From Candidatus Saccharimonadia bacterium (GTDB lineage Bacteria > Patescibacteriota > SICC01): 64,000 bases of DNA. Both the position numbers and the translations under genes were made by a program. The notes under the pieces are model-generated. The model ran no database searches, had not been told where the DNA came from, and was given only the letters and a program-made list of their open reading frames with translations. The stretch lies in contig JANWJF010000001.1 of NCBI GenBank assembly GCA_025449535.1, positions 677,136-741,135 of the forward strand. Direction: 5' to 3'. Numbering within the stretch: position 1 is the first letter of the stretch; every line of letters begins with the position of its first letter. This document shows, in pieces, positions 1 to 7,173 of this stretch.

Positions 1-268
1 CGGCGACCGGCTGGGATCCGGCACCAAGGTCGGCCTGACCGGCAAGCTGAAGAAGTTCAAGGAACGTTCGCTCGAGGTCCAGAAGGAACCGATCTCCACC
101 CGGATGCTGGCGGTCGACGGCAACGACCTGATGCGGGAACTGGACCTGAAGCCGGGTCCGGAGGTCGGGCGCGTCCAGGACGCGTTGCTCGAGGAAGTAC
201 TCGACGATCCCAAGCGAAACACCAAGGAGCATCTGCTGGAGCGCGCCAAAGCGCTGCATCGCGGGTGA
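1..268 (+). CDS. 3' end of a gene (start outside window); the C-terminal tail resembles that of CCA-adding tRNA nucleotidyltransferases (…DLKPGPEVGRVQDALLEEVLDDPKRNTKEHLLERAKAL)
   Basis: Open frame from position 2 to the TGA at 266-268; a C-terminal motif typical of CCA enzymes is recognised by eye. Confidence 0.5.
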   Translation, partial: GDRLGSGTKVGLTGKLKKFKERSLEVQKEPISTRMLAVDGNDLMRELDLKPGPEVGRVQDALLEEVLDDPKRNTKEHLLERAKALHRG

Positions 269-316
269 CGGCTCGACGCCCCGGCCGGCTCTCGGTACAG
301 TAGAACGGTATCCGAC

Positions 317-529
317 ATGACCAAGGTCAAAGAAACCACAACCCGGCGCAAGGACTCCGAAGAGGAGTACTTCAAGCGGCACGAGGACCCCTACGTCCTG
401 CCGCCGGAGCTGAACATCAGCATCCGGGACGGCTTCCGGTTCGGGATTGGATTCATCCTGGCGATGCTGATCTTCTGGTCGGTTGTCATGCTCGGCGCGA
501 TCGCGACATTCAGCTTCGGTTTGGTGTAG
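317..529 (+). CDS. small hydrophobic membrane protein (70 aa), hypothetical
   Basis: ORF with a C-terminal transmembrane-like stretch, directly upstream of trxA. Confidence 0.35.
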   Translation: MTKVKETTTRRKDSEEEYFKRHEDPYVLPPELNISIRDGFRFGIGFILAMLIFWSVVMLGAIATFSFGLV

Positions 530-531
530 CC

Positions 532-849
532 ATGGCGCAGGCGGTCACCTCGGCATCGTTCCAGAAGACGGTCCTCGACTCGAAGCAGCCCGTGCTGGTG
601 GACTTCTGGGCGGTCTGGTGCGGCCCGTGCAAGGTGCTGGACCCGATCGTCGATGAGCTCGGCAAGTCCCTCGGCGACAAGCTAGGGGTCGTGAAGGTGA
701 ACGTCGACGAGGAGCCGGAACTCTCGCAGCGGTTCACCGTGATGAGCATCCCGACGCTGATCCTATTCAAGGACGGCCAGCCGGTCGAGACCGTCATCGG
801 CGTCCTGCCGAAACCCGAGCTCGAAGCGAAGATCAAACCGTACCTCTAG
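532..849 (+). CDS. trxA: thioredoxin
   Basis: WCGPC active-site motif; 105 aa; ATG at 532; ends with TAG. Confidence 0.9.
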   Translation: MAQAVTSASFQKTVLDSKQPVLVDFWAVWCGPCKVLDPIVDELGKSLGDKLGVVKVNVDEEPELSQRFTVMSIPTLILFKDGQPVETVIGVLPKPELEAKIKPYL

Positions 850-862
850 GAAAGACCGGGAC

Positions 863-1873
863 ATGGCGGACGCGAAGCAAACAAAACCCCGTGCCTACGA
901 CCTGGCGATCATCGGCGCCGGACCGGCCGGCCTGGCCGCCTCCGTCTACGCCTCGCGCTACAAGCTGTCCAACGTGGTGATCGGGCCGGAGCTCGGCGGC
1001 TATGTCTCGACCACCCACTTGGTCGAGGACTACCTGGGGTTCGAGACGATCACCGGCATGGACCTCGCGAACAAGTTCTCCGAGCACGCCAAGAAGTTCG
1101 GGGCGGAACTGGTCCAGGAGCAGGTTTCCAGCACCTCACGCGACGGCGACGATTGGGTACTTAAGACCTGGACGGACAAGGAGATCCGGGCCCGGGCCGC
1201 CTTGCTGGCCGTCGGCACCAAGCACAACAAGATCGGCGTTCCGGGCGAGGACAAGTTCGAAGGTCGGGGAGTCAGCTACTGCGTGACCTGCGACGCGGCG
1301 TTCTTTAAGGGCAAACCGGTGGTGATCGTCGGCGGCGGTGACTCGGCGCTGAAGGGCGCCTTGCATCTGACCGAGTTCGCGAGCCATCTCTACGTGGTGC
1401 ACCGCCGCAAGGACTTCCGTGCGGAGCCGACCTGGGTGGACCGGGTGAAGGAGAAGAAGAACGTGACGTTCGTGTTGGAGAATGAGCTGGTCGAGGTCCA
1501 GGGCGAACAGAAGGTCACCGGGGTGAAGCTGAAGCGGCCGTTCGAAGGCAAGGATACGCTCGAGGTCGACGGGGTCTTCATCGAGATCGGCTCTACGCCG
1601 GACCCGACGCTGTCCAAGGCGTTCGGCGCGGACATGGACGACGGCCAGTTCGTGCTCGTCGGCGACACCCAGCGTACCACCGCGGAGCGGGTCTGGGCGG
1701 CCGGGGACAACACCACCAACTCGGCGATGTTCCGGCAGATCGGGACCGCCTCGGCGGAAGGATCGGTGGCGGCCGGTGATATCTACGAGTACCTCAACGA
1801 CCCGAAAGCCCGGTGGTCCGACCGTGGCCCGGTCAGCGAGACAGCTCCAGTCCAGCGGATCGTCACGGATTAA
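863..1873 (+). CDS. trxB: thioredoxin-disulfide reductase
   Basis: N-terminal GAGPAG FAD-binding motif, redox CVTCD motif, second GGGDSA NAD(P)-binding motif; 336 aa. Confidence 0.9.
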   Translation: MADAKQTKPRAYDLAIIGAGPAGLAASVYASRYKLSNVVIGPELGGYVSTTHLVEDYLGFETITGMDLANKFSEHAKKFGAELVQEQVSSTSRDGDDWVLKTWTDKEIRARAALLAVGTKHNKIGVPGEDKFEGRGVSYCVTCDAAFFKGKPVVIVGGGDSALKGALHLTEFASHLYVVHRRKDFRAEPTWVDRVKEKKNVTFVLENELVEVQGEQKVTGVKLKRPFEGKDTLEVDGVFIEIGSTPDPTLSKAFGADMDDGQFVLVGDTQRTTAERVWAAGDNTTNSAMFRQIGTASAEGSVAAGDIYEYLNDPKARWSDRGPVSETAPVQRIVTD

Positions 1874-2014
1874 CCACATTCCGTCCACAAGGGGGACAAC
1901 GGCGGCTTGTATAGTGAAAGTGCGACTATCCGTCGTGCCGCGTTTCTACCCGAAACGCTCCCACTCGTCCACGGCATCACTGCCGTGCGTTTCCAAACAG
2001 GAGGAGGAAGGAAA

Positions 2015-2422
2015 GTGGCGACAGCTACCGCTGTAAAAAATGCCACCGCGCCATCCGGTCCGACGGTAGCCCCGGAGACCGCTGGCAGACGGGCAGTACG
2101 AATGCCATCACCCACGGCGCCGCAGCACATGCAGGCCTTGGCCCGCGCGAACCGCGTCCGGCTGGCCCGGGCGGAGCTCAAGCGCTCCATCGCCCGCGGT
2201 GACGCCGATGCGGCTGACGTCATCCGGGAGTGTCCCTGGGAGACCGAGACCATGACGCTGGCCGAGCTGCTCACCAGCCAACGTCGCTGGGGCCGTACCC
2301 GCGCCCGCAAGTTCCTGCTGGGCCTGGCGCTCAGCGAGAACAAGCGGCTCGGCACGCTCACGTCCCGCCAACGCGCCCTGATCAGCACCGAGCTTTCCAA
2401 CAGGAGCTCCGTGCTCGTCTGA
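2015..2422 (+). CDS. integration host factor mIHF-like DNA-binding protein, copy 1
   Basis: C-terminal region resembles actinobacterial mIHF (RARAELKR…TLAELL…GLG.RQR); GTG start after a strong aggaggaggaagga ribosome-binding site; alternative in-frame ATG at 2102. Confidence 0.55.
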   Translation: MATATAVKNATAPSGPTVAPETAGRRAVRMPSPTAPQHMQALARANRVRLARAELKRSIARGDADAADVIRECPWETETMTLAELLTSQRRWGRTRARKFLLGLALSENKRLGTLTSRQRALISTELSNRSSVLV

Positions 2423-2663
2423 GCACTCGAACAACGGCGGCCGGTCGGTCATCAACACGACCCCGGCCGCCCGCGTTCACCTCCTCCTGCTCACACATCT
2501 CGTATCCTTGCTTGCCGATTTACGGCCCGCTTTCGTTTTGCTACCGTTGGAATACGGAACCGCTGAAAACACACGGCGGCTTTCTTTTTGTCCGCGATTC
2601 GCTCTTGATCGGATTGCGTGTCTCACAATCAGGTCAGGAGAAGACGAACGAAGGGAGCAATGG

Positions 2664-3011
2664 ATGAGCCCCGCAGTTGCCGAAGCACCCTCAAGAACCA
2701 AGCTGGGGATTCCGGACCGGTCGCTGGACCAGCGCATGGACGCGCTGAAACATGCCAACGACATCCGGACCGCCCGAGCCAAACTCAAGAAGGACCTCAA
2801 AGCGAGAAAAGCGAGCATCCATGAGTTGCTGCTCGACCCGCCCGAGCACACGCTGACCATGAAGGTCTTCGATCTGCTGCTCGCAGTCCCGAAGTACGGG
2901 CGGATCAAGACCAACCGGGTGCTCAACCAATGCCGGATCTCGCCCTCCAAGACACTCGGCGGACTCTCGGAGCGGCAGCGCCTGGAGCTGGTCAACTATC
3001 TCCGCCGGTAG
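2664..3011 (+). CDS. integration host factor mIHF-like DNA-binding protein, copy 2 (tandem paralog)
   Basis: Same domain architecture as 2015..2422 (ARAKLKKDL…GGLSERQRLEL); ATG at 2664 with a GAAGGGA ribosome-binding site. Confidence 0.55.
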   Translation: MSPAVAEAPSRTKLGIPDRSLDQRMDALKHANDIRTARAKLKKDLKARKASIHELLLDPPEHTLTMKVFDLLLAVPKYGRIKTNRVLNQCRISPSKTLGGLSERQRLELVNYLRR

Positions 3012-3187
3012 GTCCGCCGATGTCCGTGCACGGAGCGGCCGGCCTGGTCAAACTGCGACCCCGCCGGCCGCTCCCCAGCACACCCTCCTGACCTGATTTC
3101 CTGAATACCCTCGTGTCACGCGGGTCGGGTTTCGATATCACACGACTCGCGATTCATTCGCAAGTCGACCCCGAAGCCAGTCGCGTC

Positions 3188-3221
3188 ATACACGTTCGAA
3201 ACCACGGTTTCGAACGTGTAT
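3188..3221. repeat. perfect palindrome with 16-bp arms and a 2-nt spacer (ATACACGTTCGAAACC ac GGTTTCGAACGTGTAT)
   Basis: Read directly from the sequence; lies between convergent genes and at the high-GC/low-GC boundary. Confidence 0.8.
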
Positions 3222-3228
3222 ACAGTCT

Positions 3229-3262
3229 GTGGAGTTGAGCGGGCGTCTTTCGAACCCCGCCT
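3229..3262. repeat. degenerate copy of the tRNA-Ala 3' end (putative att-like direct repeat bounding the islet)
   Basis: gtggagttgagcgggc…tcgaacc…gc matches the plus-strand image of the tRNA-Ala 3' end at 5218-5250 (gtggagctaagcgggctcgaaccgc), 14/16 identical in the first block. Confidence 0.5.
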
Positions 3263-3291
3263 TCAGGCAGAACCTGGCCAAGCTCCTAAGG

Positions 3292-3843
3292 CTAATCCGG
3301 CAGACTCGTTTTTAAATCGTTGAGGAAATCTGCGAGAGATACTATCCGGCAGTTGTACTGCCCAGTGTCTACTGCTTTGAAATCTTTGAGATTAGTGGTT
3401 ACAAGTACGTCACAGCCGAGACGTTCTGCAAGCGAGAAAATGGAAGCATCTGCTTGGCGTTGGTTACGATTCAACCACTGGCGGCTATCCAGTGGTGGTT
3501 TTCCTTGACGCTCGCGCTCCTCGTTGTGTGTGGAGAATGCTGCTTGAGTATCAGCCACTTCACGGCGAATCTCTGAATAGCCGTTTCCTCCTGCGAGTAT
3601 ATCTGGGCCGCCAATAGCTGAGACACCAATTGTGAAGTAACGAGTGTCGTCTTCTGTAAAGCGCTGCTGTAGCAACGTCCAATTACTTTGCCCCGATTCG
3701 GTAAGACGACTCTCGTCAAACTCATCGAGCACTGCACTGACGAGTATGTAATCGTATCCCTCAGGGCTACTGAGGATCGCTTTAGTCATGTGTTGATCCT
3801 GGCAAGCGTCGATTAGGGCGTTAGTGTCAAAAGCGATTAGCAT
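3292..3843 (-). CDS. PIN-domain protein (VapC-like nuclease toxin candidate), ~183 aa
   Basis: N-terminal IAFDTNALID acidic motif and C-terminal GCDVLVTTNLKDF motif typical of PIN domains; ATG at 3843, alternative TTG at 3903; low-GC islet. Confidence 0.6.
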   Translation of the reverse strand: MLIAFDTNALIDACQDQHMTKAILSSPEGYDYILVSAVLDEFDESRLTESGQSNWTLLQQRFTEDDTRYFTIGVSAIGGPDILAGGNGYSEIRREVADTQAAFSTHNEERERQGKPPLDSRQWLNRNQRQADASIFSLAERLGCDVLVTTNLKDFKAVDTGQYNCRIVSLADFLNDLKTSLPD

Positions 3844-3874
3844 CTCGTTTCTAGTATGCTCCAACACAGAGGCG

Positions 3875-4036
3875 CTAACGTTTCTGCTCTCGAACAGCCG
3901 CAAGAACCCTGACTAAATCAGTGAGGTGCCGCTCTCGCTCAACTTTCCGCAAGCTGTATTCGAGCAGCGCCTTCACGTAGCCATCCCAGTCGGGCGGATT
4001 ACGCCGTACGCCCTCGATAGAGAGATCAGAAAGCTT
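3875..4036 (-). CDS. small ORF immediately upstream of the PIN gene (possible antitoxin partner, ~53 aa from a GTG)
   Basis: Position and size fit a type II toxin-antitoxin layout; the N-terminal extension of the 126-aa stop-to-stop ORF looks non-coding (Arg-rich); start uncertain. Confidence 0.2.
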   Translation of the reverse strand, partial: KLSDLSIEGVRRNPPDWDGYVKALLEYSLRKVERERHLTDLVRVLAAVREQKR

Positions 4037-4274
4037 CACGCGCTGCCTCCGGAGCTTCTGTGGCCTCCTTGTTACCACCCAGGTGTATCCGGCAAAGACC
4101 CGAGCGCCGGAATGAAACAGCCGATGCGTGAGCGTGGCACTACAGAAAAGCACCGGTCGTGATCGCCGGCCGGTAGTAAGGGGATAGCGATAGTCAGCCT
4201 GCTGTTTGGAAGCAGTCCCGAACTCGACAGTGCGTGGCTTGCGCGGTCTTCCCACCTACCAACCATACGCTGAC

Positions 4275-4287
4275 GGGGGGGGGGGGG
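4275..4287. repeat. G13 homopolymer tract
   Basis: 13 consecutive G residues ~50 bp upstream of the ATG at 4336, in the divergent intergenic region. Confidence 0.9.
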
Positions 4288-4335
4288 CAATCAAGGTGCC
4301 TTGTAGCGTGTAACTGTCAGTCCTATGCTCGATCT

Positions 4336-5094
4336 ATGAGTAAAGACGATCCGAAGCAAGCCCTAACTACTGTTACAGCAACAGAGCTCAGTGAGCGCAA
4401 GCCAATCACACAGATAATTCACAGGCAGTTAGAAAATCTCCTCCAATACGTTCCAGGTTTACTCGAATCTACAAAGGGCGAGAACGCGACGCGTCTGAGT
4501 CGACTCCTTCAGGCTTTTAATTCTGGTCGATTCATCCAGCAACTTGATAAGGAGCTCGCAGACTTAAGGAAGAGCAGTTCTATTAAGGATGATTATTTCG
4601 TTCAAGAGCAAGCGCTTGAAGGTCTTCAGATTTTATTCGAGTTTATTGACGAGGACTCTCCTGACCTGGTGCGGTTCGAAGCTATGAAACAGGTGTTTCT
4701 AACAATGTGTCAGGAGAAAGACAATTTATCTGACCGAAACGATCCTATTCCTACGCAGTTACTCAGAATCTGCCGAGGACTATCTTCGGGCGAACTGATC
4801 GTCTTGACGACTGCCTATAAATTACGAACCGAAGTAAAAGAAGAACGTAAGCAGGGGAAGCAACCGATTGGGTACTGGCATGAGGAAATTGCGCAGGGCA
4901 GCGGTCTCGTATTTCCAGACCTCGTAGATTTTCACGAAAGAAAACTAATGGACAAGAACCTCATTACTCCGCGGTACCAAAATGACGACCTTATTTATTA
5001 CGGAGCGAAGAATCGTTTAACTGACCTAGGTGAAACACTTTGCGAGTTCATTGGCGAGCTTGATCCCCGCCACCCAAATCCTTTAGCTAAGTGA
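4336..5094 (+). CDS. hypothetical protein, 252 aa, carried on the low-GC islet
   Basis: Long ORF at ~40-45% GC with clear coding periodicity; no recognisable motif. Confidence 0.5.
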   Translation: MSKDDPKQALTTVTATELSERKPITQIIHRQLENLLQYVPGLLESTKGENATRLSRLLQAFNSGRFIQQLDKELADLRKSSSIKDDYFVQEQALEGLQILFEFIDEDSPDLVRFEAMKQVFLTMCQEKDNLSDRNDPIPTQLLRICRGLSSGELIVLTTAYKLRTEVKEERKQGKQPIGYWHEEIAQGSGLVFPDLVDFHERKLMDKNLITPRYQNDDLIYYGAKNRLTDLGETLCEFIGELDPRHPNPLAK

Positions 5095-5218
5095 TCAGTT
5101 TTTGATTTGACGACTGTTCAAGGGTTCGACAAAGGCCCTTTAACTAGTATTAATGGGACAAGAATCGAAACGCCGTAACTGCGGTATTTAATGAATTGTT
5201 CGAGAAACGTTTTGTCTG

Positions 5219-5291
5219 TGGAGCTAAGCGGGCTCGAACCGCTGACCTCCTGCATGCCATGCAGGCGCTCTACCAACTGAGCTATAGCCCC
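5219..5291 (-). tRNA. tRNA-Ala (anticodon GGC)
   Basis: Cloverleaf read from the reverse complement: GGGGCTA acceptor stem, anticodon loop AUGGCAU, T-arm GGTTCGAGCC; CCA not encoded. Confidence 0.9.
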
Positions 5292-5357
5292 AAGTGCATT
5301 TCTTATCCTAGCATCGGCCTCCGCTCTTTCTGTAGGCCATCTCGGCGCCTGCCGGCA

Positions 5358-5390
5358 GGCGGACACCACGATGCCAACTGAGCTATAGCC
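5358..5390 (-). pseudogene. truncated 5' fragment of tRNA-Ala (GGCTATAGCTCAGTTGG) followed by the shared junction motif CATCGTGGTGTCCGCC
   Basis: 17-nt exact copy of tRNA-Ala positions 3-19 lying ~85 nt upstream of the intact gene; the rest does not fold as a tRNA. Confidence 0.5.
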
Positions 5391-5925
5391 TCGCGCGTAA
5401 GAGTATACCGAAGAAAAAAGTTCGACCCGGACATGTCGCGTGAAAGCACACATTCGGGTCGAAGGAAGCCTGGCCCCGCCGCAGCTGGGAATCCACTTGG
5501 CAGTAGAGTGCCGCGGCGGGGCTGGCAAGCGCGTCCGGAGGATCCCTTGACCAGGGACATGTCGATCGCGCAAGTTTCGTGGGTCGTCTATCGGACAGGC
5601 CAAGTGGCTAAAGACGGTTTACAAACCGTCCTCTCCTTGGTGCCAGAGGACGTCCAGCCGGACCCACGCTGTTCGATCTCCAGCAGATGACGCGGCCTAC
5701 CAGCAGACAGGGAGGGATGGCTCGCGTAAATTCACCGCCAAAGAGAACAAGTCTGGTAAGGTGTTGGCAAAAGCCTTACCTTAGTAAAGCCGTTTTTCAT
5801 CATTGCCGCAACCATGTCGACGCGTGATAAGATTGAAGTGATGCATACCGTGAACCGAAACCGCTTTTTCTTTCCCACCTCCGGGCGGTCTTTGGCATGA
5901 GTTAATCACGAACGCATCCGTACGA

Positions 5926-5949
5926 GCCGCCCACCGGGCGGCGTTTTTG
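5926..5949 (+). terminator. intrinsic terminator or attenuator hairpin (GCCGCCC acc GGGCGGC GTTTTT) in the leader of the 5981 operon
   Basis: GC stem followed by a T-tract, 30 nt upstream of the ribosome-binding site and ATG at 5981. Confidence 0.55.
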
Positions 5950-5980
5950 TGAATCAACTAACCAAGGAAAGGAGACCATC

Positions 5981-6187
5981 ATGCATAGCTTCGTACGACG
6001 GATCGAGCAGCTGGATACGCCGGCACCCGCAGACGTGGGCGGCGAGGACTTGGAACCGCAAGTCCGCCAGGCCATCCGGTACGTCGAGCGGGACGACCCG
6101 GAACTGGCCCGGCTGCTGCTTGAGGAATGGCAGGAGCAGCGGGACGGCCGCGAGGCCGGTAATCTGGCGGACGAACCGGTACAATGA
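5981..6187 (+). CDS. small acidic hypothetical protein (68 aa)
   Basis: Strong ribosome-binding site aaggaaaggag; ATGA overlap with the next gene. Confidence 0.5.
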   Translation: MHSFVRRIEQLDTPAPADVGGEDLEPQVRQAIRYVERDDPELARLLLEEWQEQRDGREAGNLADEPVQ

Positions 6188-6648
6188 GACCGATGGCCAA
6201 AGCAAACGTCCTCTACGCCCACCTCGCCGACCAAGCCTTCCCGTCCGAAGGTGGGAAGCTCAACCTGATCGGGATGTTCGGCGGCGTGAACGCGCCGGGC
6301 CGAGTCGGCTTGGCACAGTTCCCGGCGATCTACCCCAGACTGGCTCTGGCGGTAGGCCTCGCTACCACCGAGGACAAGCTTCCGATTACCGTCACGTTCC
6401 GAACCGAGGATGGCAAGGACATCATCCAGCCGTTCAACGGGACGTTCGAGATCCAGCGTCAGGCTGGCGCTCCCAAGAAGGAAGCCGCGAACCTCAGCTT
6501 CAACCTGAACTTCGACACCATCCGGATCGAGAAGGCGGGCAAGCTCTACATCACGATCGAGTCGGAGAAGGACGAGCTGGCCGAGGTCGAGATCGAGGCC
6601 GTCCAGGCGCAGCAACAGCCCCCGCAAGAGTCGCCGAAAAAGCCATGA
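6184..6648 (+). CDS. hypothetical protein (154 aa)
   Basis: Translationally coupled by ATGA overlaps to both neighbours. Confidence 0.5.
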   Translation: MRPMAKANVLYAHLADQAFPSEGGKLNLIGMFGGVNAPGRVGLAQFPAIYPRLALAVGLATTEDKLPITVTFRTEDGKDIIQPFNGTFEIQRQAGAPKKEAANLSFNLNFDTIRIEKAGKLYITIESEKDELAEVEIEAVQAQQQPPQESPKKP

Positions 6649-7136
6649 GCGATTCGCAGAAGCTCCACGAGGTCGCGATCACGGCGATCATCCGGAACGG
6701 CGACGGCCAGTACCTGATCGTCCGGCGTTCGGCGGAGAAGAAGCGGTTCCCGAAGATGTGGACGGTGCCGGGCGGTCGGCTCGAGACCAAGGATTACACC
6801 TCGCTCAAGAAGGACACCAAGGACTACTGGTACAACGTGCTTGAGCGGACGCTGACCCGCGAGATCGATGAGGAAGTCGGGCTCAAGGTCACGCACGTCG
6901 AGTACCTCACCAGTCTGGCGACGGTCCATGCGGACGGCGCACCCTCGCTGGTGATCTCCTGCGTGGCCGACTACGAGAGCGGTGACGTCCGGCTGCAGGA
7001 AGGCGAGACGGATGACTTCGCCTGGGTGAGCTCGGAGGAAGCCAAGGACTACGACCTGATCGACGGGATCATGGACGAGCTGATGATGGCGGACAAGCAC
7101 TTCGCCGGCAGCAAGGCCGAGTGGGCACGTGCGTAG
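6645..7136 (+). CDS. NUDIX hydrolase
   Basis: Nudix box GRLE…REIDEEVG; the track ORF 5949..7136 is an upstream read-through, and the real start is the ATG at 6645. Confidence 0.8.
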   Translation: MSDSQKLHEVAITAIIRNGDGQYLIVRRSAEKKRFPKMWTVPGGRLETKDYTSLKKDTKDYWYNVLERTLTREIDEEVGLKVTHVEYLTSLATVHADGAPSLVISCVADYESGDVRLQEGETDDFAWVSSEEAKDYDLIDGIMDELMMADKHFAGSKAEWARA

Positions 7137-7173
7137 CTGACCCGGACAACGCCACGCGGTACGCTAGGAGGGT

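Noticed and set aside
1136-1888. Long antisense ORFs overlapping well-supported genes (e.g. 1136..1888-, 7069..7962-, 7969..8814-, 12371..13498-, 13042..14196-, 23862..25418-, 45550..48117-, 54340..55992-, 62378..63202-)
   Set aside because: These are typical stop-codon-poor shadow frames of high-GC DNA. Their translations are Arg/Pro/Gly-rich with no motifs, and they overlap genes with clear signatures on the other strand.
3188-3221. LexA/SOS box upstream of the uvr genes or at the palindrome
   Set aside because: No TCGAAC-N4-GTTCGA or CGAACnnnnGTTCG match was seen upstream of uvrA, uvrB or uvrC. The palindrome has GAAAC-N4-GTTTC, which does not fit either consensus and is not upstream of a DNA-repair gene.
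5440-5560. SRP-RNA or RNase P RNA in the 5292-5980 spacer
   Set aside because: Only fragmentary resemblance (GGUCGAAGGAAGC against the SRP GGAAGGAAGC; UAGGGCAG against the RNase P P-region). The order and spacing of the conserved motifs do not match. It is kept only as a generic candidate ncRNA region in the findings.
5949-7136. 395-aa track ORF spanning 5949..7136
   Set aside because: The N-terminal two-thirds is Arg/Pro-rich read-through overlapping two real genes in other frames. Only the C-terminal NUDIX part (from the ATG at 6645) is coding.
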